64,000 bases of DNA. Origin: Felis catus (lineage: Eukaryota). The notes below the pieces were generated by a model. The model was not told the DNA's origin. It was given only the letters and a program-made list of their open reading frames with translations, and made no database searches. The stretch is from positions 183,522,001-183,586,000 of the forward strand of contig NC_058368.1 of NCBI RefSeq assembly GCF_018350175.1, in the 5' to 3' direction. Below, piece after piece: positions 1-14,409 of the stretch. Position numbers and translations under genes: made by a program. Position 1 is the first letter of the stretch. Each line of letters opens with the position of its first letter.

Positions 1-84
1 TAAAGTAGTTAGCTTCACTTATAGAGTTGCTGTCTTCACCAAACTTACAATCTAGCCCACTCCTCTTGATTCTGCTACCTAGTG

Positions 85-410
85 TCTCAGGAACTATTAA
101 AAAATGACATTTGGGGGCGCCTGGGTGGCTCGGGCAGTTAGGCGTCTGACATCGGCTCAGGTCACGATCTCGCAGTCTGTGAGTTTGAGCCCCGCGTCGG
201 GCTCTGTGCTGACCGCTCAGAGCCTGGAGCCTGTTTCAGATTCTGTGTCTCCCTCTCTCTCTGCCCCTCCCCTGTTCATGCTCTGTCTCTCTCTGTCTCA
301 AAAATAAATAAACGTTAAAAAAAATTTTTTTAAATGACATTTGTAGGGCCTCATGCCAGACTTACTGAATCAAAATCTCTAGTGGCTAGACATGAGTAAG
401 TCTATTTTCA
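85..410. mobile_element. MER5A-like hAT-Charlie MITE remnant, interrupted by a CanSINE
   Basis: Sequence on either side of the SINE joins to gaactattaaaaaatgacattt|gtagggcctcatgccagacttactgaatcaaaatctct, resembling the MER5A core. Confidence 0.55.
114..331 (+). mobile_element. CanSINE (SINEC_Fc-like)
   Basis: ggggcgcctgggtggct head, tRNA-like A/B boxes, (CT)n, AATAAA tail; 12-bp TSD aaatgacatttg at 102-113 and 332-343. Confidence 0.97.
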
Positions 411-3182
411 AAATTAAGAAAGAAATTTGTTTAGAATAGTTTTATATTTACAGAAAAAACACAAGGAGCACTACAGAGAGTTCCCATAGACCCTATACCC
501 AGTTTCCCCTAGGATTAACACTGTATATTTGTATGGTACATTTGTTACAACAAATCAACAAATATTGGAACATTTTTATTAACAAAAGTCCACAGTTTAT
601 TCTGATTTCTGCGGCTAAAAACTCATGCCCTTTAGTCATCCTAACTCCTTAGGCTCCTCTTGGCTGTGAATTTTTTTCAGACTTTTGTTGTTTTTGATAA
701 CCCCAGCCATTTTGAGGAGTGCCGGTTAGGTATTTTGAGGAGTACTGGTCAGTTTTGAGAATACTCCTCAACTGAAATTTGCTTGATATATTTTCTCATG
801 ATTAGACTAGAATCATTGGTTTTAAAGAGGAAGACCACAGAGGTGAAGTGCCATTTCATCACACCTTATTAAAGATACATGATGTCGAGATCACTTATTA
901 CTGTTGATGTTAACCTTGATCCCATGGCTGAGGTAGAGTTTGTCATGTTCCTTCATTGTAAAGTTACTATTTCCCTTTCTCCTTTCCATACTGTACTCTC
1001 TGGAAGAAGTCACTCAGCACAGCCCACATTTGGGGAGTGAGAAGTAGTGCCTGGCCTACTTGCATGCAGAGTATCTACATGAATTATTGGAATGCTTCTG
1101 CATAACTGTCTATTATCACCCACATATATACTTCCTTAATAATTAATTTATAACAGTCCAGACTTATTTTACATTTTGAGCTATAATCCAATAGTAAATT
1201 ATTTTTTATTGTTCAAATTATTTCCTTTTGTGTCATTGGGATCTCTTTCAGTTGGTTCCTGTACCACTTTTGAGAATGTCACTTTCTGAAGCTACCAGAT
1301 GCTACAGAACTCATCTTGGTATGTCTTAACCCAGTCCTAGATTCAGCTATTTCTCTAGGAAGTCCTGTTCTGGTTCTTCTTCCTTTTTTTTTCCTTTTTT
1401 TTTTTTCTTTTTTAAGAATGGTATTCAGAACCAAAATCTGCATCCTAGGTATGCTTGTTGGTACTGGGGTGTCTTTGCTTCTAGGGGCTCTAAGGTGACA
1501 GAACAGCAAAATATATGTATGCATACTAACCTGTGTATATATCTATAAATATTTCTATGTGTATATCTAACCAAATCTATATTAAGCAAAACATCAGTTC
1601 ATACTGAAATCTTTATTTCTAGTCCATGACTACTTAGTTCATTCAGATACCCGCCCCCCCCCCCCCACCTCTCGTATCTGTACTCCCATCCTAACAATGA
1701 GAACTTGGCTCCTACCAGCTGTCATCCAGTTACTAAATTGTCTAATTCCAGTGTACATATACAGTACTATTATAACAGTTAACTCATATTCTCATGAGAA
1801 ACTTTAACAGCAAGAGTAGTGCCCTTATGTGCTATTTCTTTTGCCTTTAGTCATTGACTCGACTCTGTCAAAGTCCCTTAGGCTAGCCCTTTTCCTCACC
1901 ACCTTTAGTCAGGTTATTTCATACATCTGTAATAAACTCATATTGTTTGACCAATTCTGTCTTCCATATAAGGATCCTCCAAATTTCTAAATTATTATTT
2001 ATTTCACATACATTAAGGTTAAGTCTTAGTGCTACAGTGAAGTTCTATAGGTTTTCACAAATGCATACAGTCAGATATCCACCATTGCAGTAAAATACAG
2101 ATAGATACACTGACCTAAAATAACTCCCTGTGCTTCACCTATTAACCCACTCACCACCAAATCCCCTGGGACCCATGGACCTCTTATCATTGTTATAGTT
2201 TTGCCTTTTCCAAAGTGTCACATGATTCAAGTCATCCAATATATAAACTATATATATAGTGGGTGTTTTTACTGGGTAAAATTCATTTAAGATTCATCTA
2301 GGTATTTCTGTGGCTTGGTATCCCATTTTTTATTGTAGAGTATAACCAGTTTGCCTATCAGTTCACCTACTGAAAGAACAGCTTCGTTGCTTTCAGTTTT
2401 GGGCAATTATACGTGCAGCCTCTCTCTGCATTCACATGGTTTTGTGTGGACATAGTGTTCAATTAGTTGAGCAAATACCTAAGAACATGATTGACAGATT
2501 TTATGGTCAGAATTATGTCCAGCTTTGTAAGAAACTGCCAAACTGTCTTCCAAAGTAACTATACTATTGGACATTCTGAAAAGCAGTCAGTAAGAGCTCC
2601 AGTTATTTGCATCCTTGGCAGATATTAATACTTCCAGGTTTTATTGGAATGTAATCATTCTAATAGGTAGGTACTGGTATCCCATTTCTGGTCTAATTTA
2701 CAGTGCCCCAAATGAAAATAGGGGGAACGTTTTTTCATATGCTTTTATTTTTCATTTATTTATCTTCTTTGATTAGATGTCTTCAAATTTTTCCTCATTT
2801 CTTAAATTGGGTTGTTTATGTTTCTATTGTTGAGTTTTAAGAGTTATTTGTATATTTTGGATGCAAGTCCTTTATCACATTTTTGTTTTACAAATATTTT
2901 TTCCTAGTCTTTATATTGTATCTTCATTCTTTTAACAGGGTTTTTTCACAGAGCAGACATTTTAATAGAGTCTAAATTATCAAATTTTTATTTCAAGGAC
3001 CATGATTTTGGTGTTGTATGTAAAATCTTACTGCTAAACACAAAGTTACCTAGTTTTATTTTCTTCTATGCTCTCTCCTAAAAGTTTTACAATTTTGTGT
3101 CTAACATTTTAGTTCATGCTTCATTTTGTGTTTATTTTTGAAAAGAAGGTATAAAGCTGTGTCTAATTCATTTTTTTCATAT

Positions 3183-3522
3183 TGTTATACACTAAATATT
3201 TGTGTTGCATCAAATTCATATATAGAACCCCTGCCCCTCAATGCAGTGGTATTTGAAGATGGGGCTTTAGGGAGTTAAATAAGATTAGATGAGGTCACAA
3301 GGTGGGGAGGGGGTTGACTAGTCTGAGAGTATTAGTACCCTTAAATGAAGAAACATCAGAGTTTGCTCTCTCTCTCGTGCACTCCATCTTTCTCTCAGTC
3401 CATCTTGCTGGCAACTTAATCTTGGATTCACACAGCCTCCAGAATTCGGAAAAATAAATTCCTATTGTTTAAGCCATCCAGTGTGTAGTATTTTGTTATG
3501 GCAACCTGAATAGACTAAGACA
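3183..3522 (+). mobile_element. MaLR solo LTR (MLT1A/B-like) inserted in the L1
   Basis: TG...CA termini (tgttatacact...gactaagaca), AATAAA and cagcctccagaa/ttgtttaagcca motifs; near 5-bp TSD catat/cctat. Confidence 0.88.
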
Positions 3523-4920
3523 CCTATGAAAACTAATTATTCAAAGCACCATTTGATGAAAATACTGCCTTTTCCTTTCCCTTAGAAGTGCCTTAGGTTC
3601 ATTGTCAAAATCACTTAACTATATTTGTGTGGGTCTATTTCTGGACTTTTAAACTATGTTTTATTGATCCATGTTCTATTATTTTGCCAATATCATGCTG
3701 TCTTTATTAATGTATTGTCTTAGAATTGGGTAAGACCTCCAACCTTTTTTCTTCTTCAGTATACTGTTGGCTGTCACCAGGTGTTTTGCCTCTCTATATA
3801 AATTTTACAATAGGTTTGTTGGTATCTACAAACTAGATTTCTGAGAATTTTAGTAGGACTGTGTTGATCTATATATAGATGAAGTTGGGAAGGAAATAAT
3901 GTATTAACAACATTCAGTTTTTCAATCCCAAAACAAAAATTATCTCTCCCTATTTATATCTTCTTTAATTTATCTCACCAGAGTTTAGCAGGGTTTTTTC
4001 TGCATATAAATCCTACACATATTTTGTTGGATTAATTCCTAAATATTCCCCTTTTGTGGTACTATTAAAATATTGTTTTTCTTCTAATTTCACATTACAA
4101 TTTTTCATGCTGGCATATTGGAAAAAAAAATACCTTGTTGTATCTTGTGACCCTACCATATTTACTCGTTGGTTCCAACAATTTTTGTTCAGTTCTTTGG
4201 GATTTCCACAATCTTGTCATCTCTTAACAAAGATAGTATTGTTTCATTCTTCCATATCTATCTACCTTTTATTTTATTGTGTTATTGACTAGGTAGGACT
4301 TTCATTGTGATAAGCAAGAATGCTCAGAGAGGGCATTCTTGTCTTACTTCCAAATAGGGAGAAAGTCTAGTTTCTCACTATTAAGTATATCAGCTGTTGG
4401 ATTTTTGAAGATACCCATTGTCAAGATGGGGAAAAGCTCTTCTTTTCCTAATATTCCGAGTGCTTTTGTCATGAATGTTGGATTTCTCAAATGCTTTTTC
4501 TGAATGATTAGATGTGATTTTCTTTTTTTTCCTTAGCCTATGGATGTGGCAAATTACACAGATTGATTTTCAAAAACTGAACCAGCTTTCCAAACATGGT
4601 AAATCCCACTTGGTCATGTGTATAATTTATTTTATACGTTTTCAATTTTACTTGATTTTTTTGGATGAATTTTGCATCTATATTCATGCGAGAATGAATT
4701 CCTTTCTTGGAATGTTTTTATATGTATTTGATATTAGGATAATGCTTGCTCTGTACAATGTAACGGTTAGGAAGCGTTTCCTCTTTGCTTTTATATTCTG
4801 GAATAGATCATGGAGAACTGGCATTATTTCTTCCCTAATTGTTTGCTAAAATTTACCAGTGAAATAATCTAAGCCTGGCTCTTTCTTTCTTGGAAAGTTA
4901 TTAATTACTGATTCAATGCA

Positions 4921-5015
4921 TTTTATATATGTATAAATATATATAATCTATAAATATATAATGTGTATATATACACATTATTATATTATTATATTATTAT
5001 ATTATACATATATAT
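4921..5015. repeat. (AT)n/(TAT)n low-complexity tract
   Basis: Directly visible. Confidence 0.85.
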
Positions 5016-7929
5016 TCAGATTATCAATTTCTCTTTGTAAGATTGTTGGTAGCTAGTGTATTAAGAGAAATTAATCCATTTCATGTAAGTTATTAAATTG
5101 AGGACAAAGAGCTGTTCGTAGAATTCCAATGTTACATTTTTATTGTCCATGGGCTCATTAGTAATGATATTTATTTCATTTCTGGTATTGTTAATTTAAA
5201 TTTTTTTCTTAATTGGCCTAGCTAAACGTGTATCAATTGTATTAACCTTTGAAAGAACTAGTTTTTGGCTTTGTTGTGTTCTATGTTGTTTTCTTGTTCA
5301 CAATTTCAGTGATTTCTGTTCTAATTTTTATTGTTGTTTTTTTTTACCTTCTTGTTTAGACTTCAACTGTGCTAGTTTTTTAAGGTAAAATCTTAGATAA
5401 CTGATTTTTGATTTTCATTATTTTCTAATTTATGTATTTAATGCTATAAATTTATATCTAAACATTAATTTCTTTATATCTTACACATTTTGTTTTATTT
5501 TTGTTTTAACTTATTTAAAGTATTTTTAAATTTCTATTGAGATTTTTTTCTTTGATCCATATTTTATTAGACAAGCATTATTTAATGTCCAAATATTTGG
5601 AGAATTTTCCAATTATCTTTCAGATGTTGATTTCTAATTTAATTCCATTTTTTGTCTGAGATGATATTCTGTATATCTAATCTTCTATATGTGTTAATAT
5701 ATGTTCTATGGCAGAGAACATGATCTATCTGAGAAAATATTACTGCAAGCTTGAGAAGAATGTATATTTTGCTGTTGCTGGATAGAGTATTCTATAAATA
5801 TCAACTAGATCAAATTGATAATGCTGGTAAAGTCAACTATATCCTTACTGATTTTTTTTCTGCTTGATCTTTCAATTACTGAACGAGGGTTGCTGGTCTC
5901 TCCAACTATAATAGCAATTTGTCTATTCCTCATTGTAGTACTATCAGTTTTTGCCCATATAATTTGATTCTCTGTTGTTAGTAAACAGACATTTAGAATT
6001 GTTGTGTCTTCTTGGAGAAGTGACTTATTTATCATCATGTAATACTCCATCAATGATAACTTCCCTTATTCTAAATTATGCTTTGCTGAAATTTATAAAT
6101 AGCTGCTGTTGCTTTATATGGATTAACATGAGCATGACATATCTTTTTCCACTCGTTTGACTTCAATCTGATATTTAATCTTATATTTCAAAGGCTTGTC
6201 TTGTAGGCAACAATTTGGTACTGCATCCACTCTGATAATTTCTATCTTTTAATTTATGTATTTAGAATGTTCAGATTAAAATGATCATTGATATAAGTGG
6301 ATTAGTAATGAACAAATTTATTAGTATTATATTCATTGTATTTGGTCATCCCTTTTTTTCCTCTTTTTTATCCTGACTTCTTTAGCTTTATATAGGCATT
6401 TTATATGACTTCACTTACCTTCTCTCACAGCATACAAGTAGCACTTTGTTTTAAAAAATTTTAGGCATTTCCCTAGAATTTGCATTATACTTTTTTAACT
6501 AATCAAAGTGTACCTCAAATAACATAATATAAGTTCACAGGAAGTGTAGTTGCCTTATAACAGAGTAATCCCAGAGTCCTTTTTCCATTCCTTTATGGCA
6601 TTGCGGTCTTTCATTTAACTTATCCATATGCTATACTGACCCCTAACATTGTTACTATTATTACCTTAGAAATATTTTGGATAGATTAAGAATATAAAAA
6701 TATAACATTTTATTTTTCTTTCATTTATTCTTTCTCTGACATGCTTTCTTTATGTAGATACAAGAGTCTGTCCTTTATCATTTTCCTTCTCCCTGAAGAA
6801 CTTCTTAACATTATTTTCAGGGCAGCTCTGCTGATGAATTCCTTCAGTTTTTATTTGTCTGAGAAAGTCTTTATTTCTCCTTTACCTTTGAAAGATAACT
6901 TCACTAGATATCAAATTCTAGCTTGGTGTTTTGCTTTGTTTTGTTTCCCTCTATCAAGGCTAAATATCCCATACCATTTTCTTTGAGCTTGCATGGCTTC
7001 TGATGCAGTCTAAAGAAATGTTTATCATATCTCTCTCTATGTAAGGTGCTTCCCCCCCCCTCCCGCCCCCCACGCCGCTTCTGACTCCTTTTAAGATATT
7101 CTCATTGTCTTTGGTTTTCTGAAGTTTGAATATACATCTATATGTAGTCTTTTTCAATACTTGTCCTGGTTGTTTTTTTCAGAGCATCCTAAGTCTGAGG
7201 TTTGATGTCTGTCATTAATTCTGAAAATTCACAGATATTATTACCTCAAATATTTCTTCTGTTCTCTCTTTCTTCCCTTTCTGCTATTCCAACTAAGCTT
7301 CTGTTACACTTTTTGAAAAATCCCCATAATTCATTTTATGTTTCTTTTTCTCTTTGCATTTCAGTTTGGAAAAATTATGTTGGCTTATCTTCAAGCTCAC
7401 TGATTTTTTTCTTTGGTCATGAGAAGTCTGCTAATGAGTGCATCAAATGATTTTTTTACTTCTGTTACAATGTTTTTGATTTCTAGCATTTCCTTTTTAT
7501 TATTTCTAAGGATTTCCTTTTTTTCTACCTACATACTCATCTGTTTTGCAAGCTACCCACTTTTCCCTGGAATCTTTAACACTTCCGTTATAACAATTTT
7601 GAATTCCCTAACTGATAATTCCAAAATTTGTGCCATATCTGAGTCTATCACTTATTTTTGTTCCATCTCCTCAGACTGTATTTTTCTTGTCTCTTAGCAT
7701 GTCTTGTGATTTCTTTTATAAAAAGGCCAGACATAATGTGTTGAGTAGTTATAACTAAAAATAAATAACTCTTTAGTGGTTTTTGTTGATGTTGTTATGT
7801 TTAATCTGTCTACATGTTTGGCTGTATTTGATGTTTGATCTATGTGTATGTTTGGGGGCTTCAAATTCATCTAATGTCTTTGTTTTGGTCCATCTAGCTG
7901 TCTTTTGGCTTCCCTAAGAGCTATCTCAT

Positions 7930-8160
7930 ACTTACTATGTACAAGGATCCCTTTTATGTGTTTACATGTATTAAGTAATTTCGCCATCACAACTACACTA
8001 TGAAGTAGATTATACTACTTTTACTATTTTTTCATTAAGAAAATCAAGATATAGTATAGTTAAATAATATACAATCTACCTCAAATTGCTATATTAATAA
8101 CCTGGGGAGCTAGGCTTTGAAGAGAAATGATTCAGCTCCAGACCCATGCTGCAAACCACT
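7930..8160 (-). mobile_element. MIR SINE remnant
   Basis: Antisense MIR-like motifs: cacaactacactatgaagtag, ggagctaggctttgaa, ctccagacccatgctgcaaaccact. Confidence 0.6.
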
Positions 8161-9959
8161 AACGTACGCAATAATATGCCACCAATCTTGGAAGGTCCCA
8201 GGGCCCACATGACCACTAGTACAGCTGCTACTTTACTCCAGCTCTTTCAAAACTGCTCATCCAGCTGGCAGCATTTTCATTGCTGTGCCTACACAAAACT
8301 ATTCACAAGAGTTAGAGATGGAACAGTATTTTTTAGTCTTAATTGAGAAATAAAAAGATAATTCTTAAAATCAAAACTGATGTTGAAAAGAATTGAAATA
8401 AGCAAAGGAGAAATAATATGGATTCATTTAAGTATTTTTTAATGGAAATGATACAAAGTCAAGAATCCAGAAAATATTCTTTCCCCATATCATCCACTAA
8501 GAGTCAGCAATTTTTACCTCTCTTGTAAAATAAAAGAAAAAAAATGCTTATACTTTTTTTTTTGGTTGTTGTTAACTTGGAGGATAAGTTTGCTCTATGA
8601 GCATTTATGTTGTTGTTGTTTCCTTATACCCAATAACCTAATAAATTATAACACTTTTCTTTGCATAATAAGTGTCCTTCCTTGTCCAAAGAGCATAGCC
8701 ACAAAGAGAACCTACAGATTTTTTAAGTGTTCATTAAATAAAATTTACATGTCATGGGAGAACTTTGGAGATATTAGAATTATAAACTAATAAGGGTTTT
8801 ATGAGTATATGGAAAATGAAAACTTGAAGAAAAATGACTATGCTAAGAAACAGGTGAAATGTAGAGGCAGTTGTTTAAAAATGAGTAATTCAAGACTGAT
8901 AAATCCTGATTAAAAGGCAATATTTATTTATGTATGGAGTTCTCTGTTTTTCTTTTTACCGATTAATACAATGTTTATGTCATGCTTACTAAATTCAAGA
9001 CATAAAGTTATGTACCTTCCAATGATTTTCCAAAAATAATCTCACAATCAAAATAAAAATATATGTCTGGTTTTTACGACTTTTAATCTCCAAAACTATC
9101 TGTACTATGCCTTTTCTACTTTCAGAATCTGGTGGATAAAAGAGGCCTGCCATAGAATCAAATGAAACATTTAATTTTCAAATCTTTGTTAGTGTTTTGT
9201 ACTGCCCAAAAGGTCCCAGAATGTGTGGCACATTCTTTAAGGAGAGCACATTTAATTTTTGTTGTTGTTGTTATGCAGAAAAAGCTCATCGATCTCTTTG
9301 GAGATAATGTTGATAGGAAGCCTTAAGGTCCATTACAAATATGTAGAATTTCACTTAAAAAAATTGGATGGGAGTGTGGGTGCATGCTTATGAAAACAAT
9401 CCAGAAGAAAGAGGAAAACTGATAATACCACAAAGAAATTGCCAATTGCACCATTTCTTTCTATAATCCAGAGGAGATGGTTTCAATCCTTAAGTGAAGG
9501 GTTTAGCCTTTGCTAGGAGCACAACAGTTCATCCATAATAACACAATGAATAGCAGAAGCTTTTGGCACAGCTATTATTATGTTAGTTCATGTGGCTATG
9601 GAAACCTTTGGAAGGTCTACTCAGATTGCTTCCTTTCTTGGTGAAATAAGAAGCATGGTAATCATGTAAGGAAGATCCAGGGAAAGAATGCTCAGTTGAA
9701 AAAGTGAGAAGGAGGTAGAAAATAATATCTAAGTGAGTACAGATGTGAATTATAAATATAGCACTCGTAAAATCTCATGGTTTTATTTTTTATTTCAACA
9801 TTTTGTGTTAGTTAGTTATGCTAGTTGTGCCTGAATGCAGAGAATAAGTAGACGGATTTTGTCAGGGGAACACAAAATAAGAGAAAGAGTGGCAAGAAAA
9901 TAAGGGATAAATATAATCTAAGATCAATAAGGGATCATTGGAACATATCACAGAGATAT

Positions 9960-10450
9960 TAAGAGAAGCCATTTGCCATGGTCCTGATAATTCCAGCATG
10001 TTCTTTGGTGAGTTTGCCAAGAATGCAAGGCCCAGACTTCTCTTTACTTGGGATATTTTTCAAGGTTGTATTTCAGTAGCAATTTAAGGGGATACAGTGA
10101 TATCTCCCTCCAGAATGAAGAGCAAACTTGCTATAGAAGAGGTGTATGCCAACATTTCTGTGTTCCTCGGAGTGATGTAAAAACATCATGTATGCAACAT
10201 CCACTCAGGCTACTATGCTTTATTCCCATGGAGCATGAGCAACAAGAGGAACCACTGCAAACATGAAACTTGCTGTTGTTTGAAAATTAAGTCCTTTGTT
10301 TCTAACCCTGACCTTCGTTAGGAGCACAAACAGTTCATCCATAATAACACAATGAATAGCAGACGTTTTGTGTCTTCTGACAGATCCATAAAACCATAAC
10401 TGACTATATTACTAGCTTGCAAGTGAAGTACGAGCCTAGATTCTGAAACG
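9960..10450 (+). mobile_element. ERVL-type solo LTR (MER76-like)
   Basis: gtgagtttgccaagaatgcaaggccc, tctccctccagaatgaagagca, aagtcctttgtttctaaccc...gtgtcttctgacagatccataaaac...tagcttgcaagt match my recollection of MER76. Confidence 0.65.
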
Positions 10451-10667
10451 GGAATATGGTAGAGTGAAAACTTATTACAATGATAACCTGGCGTTCCTTT
10501 ACTAGTTTATAATGTAGGCAATTACATTATTTTTTAATGAAGAACTAAGAAGATTTGAGCAGTACAGAAATTTGATGTGGTGTTCAACAAATATCAGGGA
10601 GCCGAGGTGAGTGCAGATCGTTTCGCCAGTATTGTTTTGAATATTATGGAATAGCAAAACAAAAAGA

Positions 10668-10795
10668 GTACATGGCATAAGGAAAAGAGAACTAAAAATC
10701 AGACACTCTTTATATATATCCTAACTCCACAGACTCTTTATTGTGGACAAAGTTATTTGATACTTTTAAGCCTCAATTTCTCTGTCTGTAACATA
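10668..10795 (+). mobile_element. MIR remnant
   Basis: acaaagttatttgatacttttaagcctcaatttctctgtctgtaa resembles the MIR core. Confidence 0.55.
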
Positions 10796-11918
10796 TGTGC
10801 TTGGTCATTGGACGGTAAAGTAAAATCAAGTCCTCAATACTGATTGACTTTGTCGTTAGAGTCCCTTATTTTGTGTACCAATTTCAGAGAAATAAGTTAC
10901 CATAAAAAGGAATGAAAAGTTAGATCTACCTAGATATTTTATAAATGATTTAAAATTCTGAAATAATCATTAAATATTTCTTTAAAAATATTTCACCTAA
11001 AAATCAGATGCATCAAGTACAACATGACAATAGTATTATATAAATGCCCCCATAAAATAATTGATGTCTATGTTAGATACAATAAAGAAACACAAACTGT
11101 AACCCAAGTTAAGTTTCCAGTTTGAAACAACATTTAAAGTGCATAAGGCCTTTTGTCATTCCAGGATTCTACTAAGTGAAATTTAGCAACATTGCTTCTA
11201 TATTATTCAGATGAAATTCAATTTGACTTGACAATAACTTTGCTGTTTAAATATTGCAATTCAAAGCAAAACTCTAGAAGTGAGATCCATAAAGGAAAAG
11301 CATGGACTTCCCATGATGGAAACATGCATCACTTTACATATAAATGTTGTGTCATAGTGACCATAACTTTGACAATGTCTCATAAGTCACATTCAAACAA
11401 ATTCCAACTTCAACGAGAGCATTTAATTATAATCTAAATCTATGTATTCAGATCCAATATTGTCCTTTTCAAAAGTATCTGTTTCATTTTCTTCCTCACC
11501 ACCTGCCTCAAATAATTTTAAATTTAGGAAATATATAGCCTTTTGGAAAATGATTAACAAATTCTATTTAAAAACATGCATGCTATTACTAACACATTCG
11601 TGAGCCAGGAAGATAGGCTTTCTTAAACTTAACAATTTCAGTACTTCTAAAGTTAGTTCTAGGAGGTGAGTATAAACAGTGTAAATAAATACAACTTTGA
11701 TCTTTTTTAGTCATATACAGAGTACAAATACTATGGTTGGCACTGAGACTCTTAAAAACAAAATCCATGCTTAAGCCATGACAGCACTCCCACACAAAAA
11801 AGAAAATTTATTTTGAGTGGAACGTTAACATGGGCATATAATATGGACACAGGGTGCTTGTTTTTATTCCTAAAGTAGGGGAACAGTGTAGGGAACATCC
11901 TACCTCAATCCCATTCTT

Positions 11919-12130
11919 TTTTTTTAATTTTAATATTTATTTATTTTTGAGAGAAAGACAAAGTGCAAACAGAGGAGGGGCAGAGAGAGAGGGAGACACA
12001 GGATCCAAAGCAGGCTCCAGGCTCTTAGCTGTCAGCACATAGCCTGAGGCAGGGCTCGAATCCATGAACCACGAGATCATGACCTGAGCCTAAGTCGAAT
12101 GCTCAACCGACTGAGACAGCCAGGCGCCCC
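11919..12130 (-). mobile_element. CanSINE
   Basis: Reverse-complement SINE ending caggcgcccc; 17-bp TSD acctcaatcccattctt at 11902-11918 and 12132-12148. Confidence 0.97.
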
Positions 12131-12750
12131 GACCTCAATCCCATTCTTAAGACATGGCTACAAATATAATTTTCACTACCATAATTTAAATAATTATTGT
12201 ATTAAGTGATCTAGGTTAGTATTTTACTTGTTCTATTTCCAGCATCAAATAATAAGTAGTAGTACTAATAAGTAATAAAACTTAATAGCAATGAGATTTT
12301 AATGCAGGTCTCTTCAAATCATAGAAAACTAACTAAGGAAAACAGAAATGATGGTGGGGGAGGGAAAGCATTGTTCTTGTCTAAAGCAATTAGAAATATG
12401 AGATTTCTTACATACCACCAAGGTAGATAAATTCAAACACTCAAATGTCCTTATTGAATTATTTCTAATACACATTTTATATGCAGCAGATAAAAGTAGA
12501 GATAATAATAACAAAGATAGCAAGGTCAGATCTATATACAATGAAACACCCAAACTATTTTATTTTATTTTATTTTAATTTTATTTTATTTTATTTTTTT
12601 ACACCCAAACTATTTTAGAGAACTCTCCTTTACTGTAATCAAACTAGTTACATTTAAAACACAGATTGAACAACTGTCCTGAGTTTGCCTTTTCTATTTC
12701 TACTTTTTGATCAATCCTATTGCTGAACCAATACACTCAACACCTATCTA

Positions 12751-12760
<10 letters not shown>

Positions 12761-12799
<39 letters not shown>
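12761..12799. repeat. (AC)n microsatellite
   Basis: Directly visible. Confidence 0.97.
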
Positions 12800-12802
<3 letters not shown>

Positions 12803-14409
12803 ACACTGGTTAATATGCAGTTTTGCATATTTATATATGATAGCTATTATTTTCCAAGTGAATGCTGATTTCTCAAACCTAAACCCTAAATTGAATATCA
12901 TCATCTAAAGTTATGAAAATGAAGAGAAATCTATAAAATTAGGAACATAGGGTTTTGGATTGATTACAAAATTAATCTTCTGCTTCAGAAAGAATAACAG
13001 GTTGACATTTTAAAAACTCATTTTGAATGAAGAAGAACAGATTGAGAAAATCTCCATATAATCTCTGAAAGGATGTAGTTTTCAATGAGCATGAATTACA
13101 TTTCATTTTATGCAAGGTTTTTTACTACTGCAGTATTTTCTGTTATATTGAGTTATAACCCCCTACCCATAGAGGCAGCTTTGATTTGATTTTCATTGCC
13201 TTGGGCAAGCGTGATTGAGGACCCATAAGACTGTAGAAGATGTTGATTGATTCTTTTGATCCTAGAAGATAATAGAAAGTGTTTAAATTGGTTGTGTTAA
13301 AAAAATCTGAGGATGAATTGGGACTTTAGGCAAATTGCACAGAAGATTTTTAATCTTCGATTTGTTCAAATTTGTAACATAGGAAACAGAAAAGATTTGT
13401 ATCTCCTCTTGTCAAATTCCTTTCTATTTCACATCAATCACTTTTTTTTCTCTTCACCTTTTCTGTTCCTATGTGACTCCTTTATTCCTAGAATTAGAGG
13501 CCTTTGGGTCTTATTTAAATTAAAAAAAGATATCAAAGTCATACATAAAGTGAAATTTAGTGAAATTTAAGCCACAGCTAGATTGGAGAACAGGCCAAAG
13601 AGAAGTAAAAAAAAAAAAAATCAGTGGCAAAATGAAAAGTGAACCTATGTGCTTCTCTTTAGAAGTAAAAAGTGCTAATCATTAGATCACTACCTCAGGC
13701 AGTGTGACAAAACATTTCTCAACAGAGCTCTTGTGATACACTGCTAACCATCAGAGTGTCTCAGTTGAATATTGAGAAGTATGGAAAATAACTTGTTATT
13801 ATTTATAAAGTACTGAAATTTTAAAATTAATTCCTTTCATCATATAAACTAGAGCAGATGCATGGTTGTAGTAATTTAAAAAAAAATTTCCATGCTAATT
13901 AATGATAGTGACAGAAAAGGAACTCACCAAGACCAAGGAGGCTTCCTTGGATTCTATAACCCAGAGCTTATTTAACCCCTGGCTGCTTAGTAAGAAATCA
14001 TCACTCCAAAATGTAGTTAGAAGTCACTGCAGAGTTTTCAGGTATTTTTGCTTTTACTTCCTGTATATGTTTTAGGATTGCATTACAAACTGGAGGAAAA
14101 GCTCTGCTTATTTCTACATGGGGATATTTTAGTGATAGAAAACCTATTGGTTATGAAGGAGGACAGGTTGTGAATTTGGATTTTTTAGCATTTTCTAGGA
14201 GACTGAGAAATTATTCATTGATTTGATCAAATCAAAGAAAAGAAAGAAAAGAGCTGGTAGACATTACTGGGAAGATATTTGGGGACACCAAACATGTGGG
14301 GACAACTAGAAGGGTGTCTCATTTACCATTAGAATATAAAGTCTCTATCATTTTATCTGTTTGCTGTGCAGAGAACTTGAAATCACTACTTTAGTGAAAT
14401 AATTATATT

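Larger units (their letters stand above)
425..7920 (-). mobile_element. Ancient L1 (L1MC/L1MD-type), degenerate; 3'UTR at left, ORF2 then ORF1 remnants rightwards
   Basis: T-rich antisense L1 sequence; L1MC/MD-type 3'UTR motifs (gaggagtactggtca, gaggaagaccacagagg, accttgatcccatggctgaggtag) that recur reverse-complemented at 63780-63970; ORF 6960..7157(-) is ORF1-like (IFKLQKTKDNENILK). Confidence 0.88.

Noticed and set aside
10543..10612. Possible exon ending at gag|gtgagt (reads ELRRFEQYRNLMWCSTNIREP)
   Set aside because: Weak acceptor, unrecognised peptide, no other support
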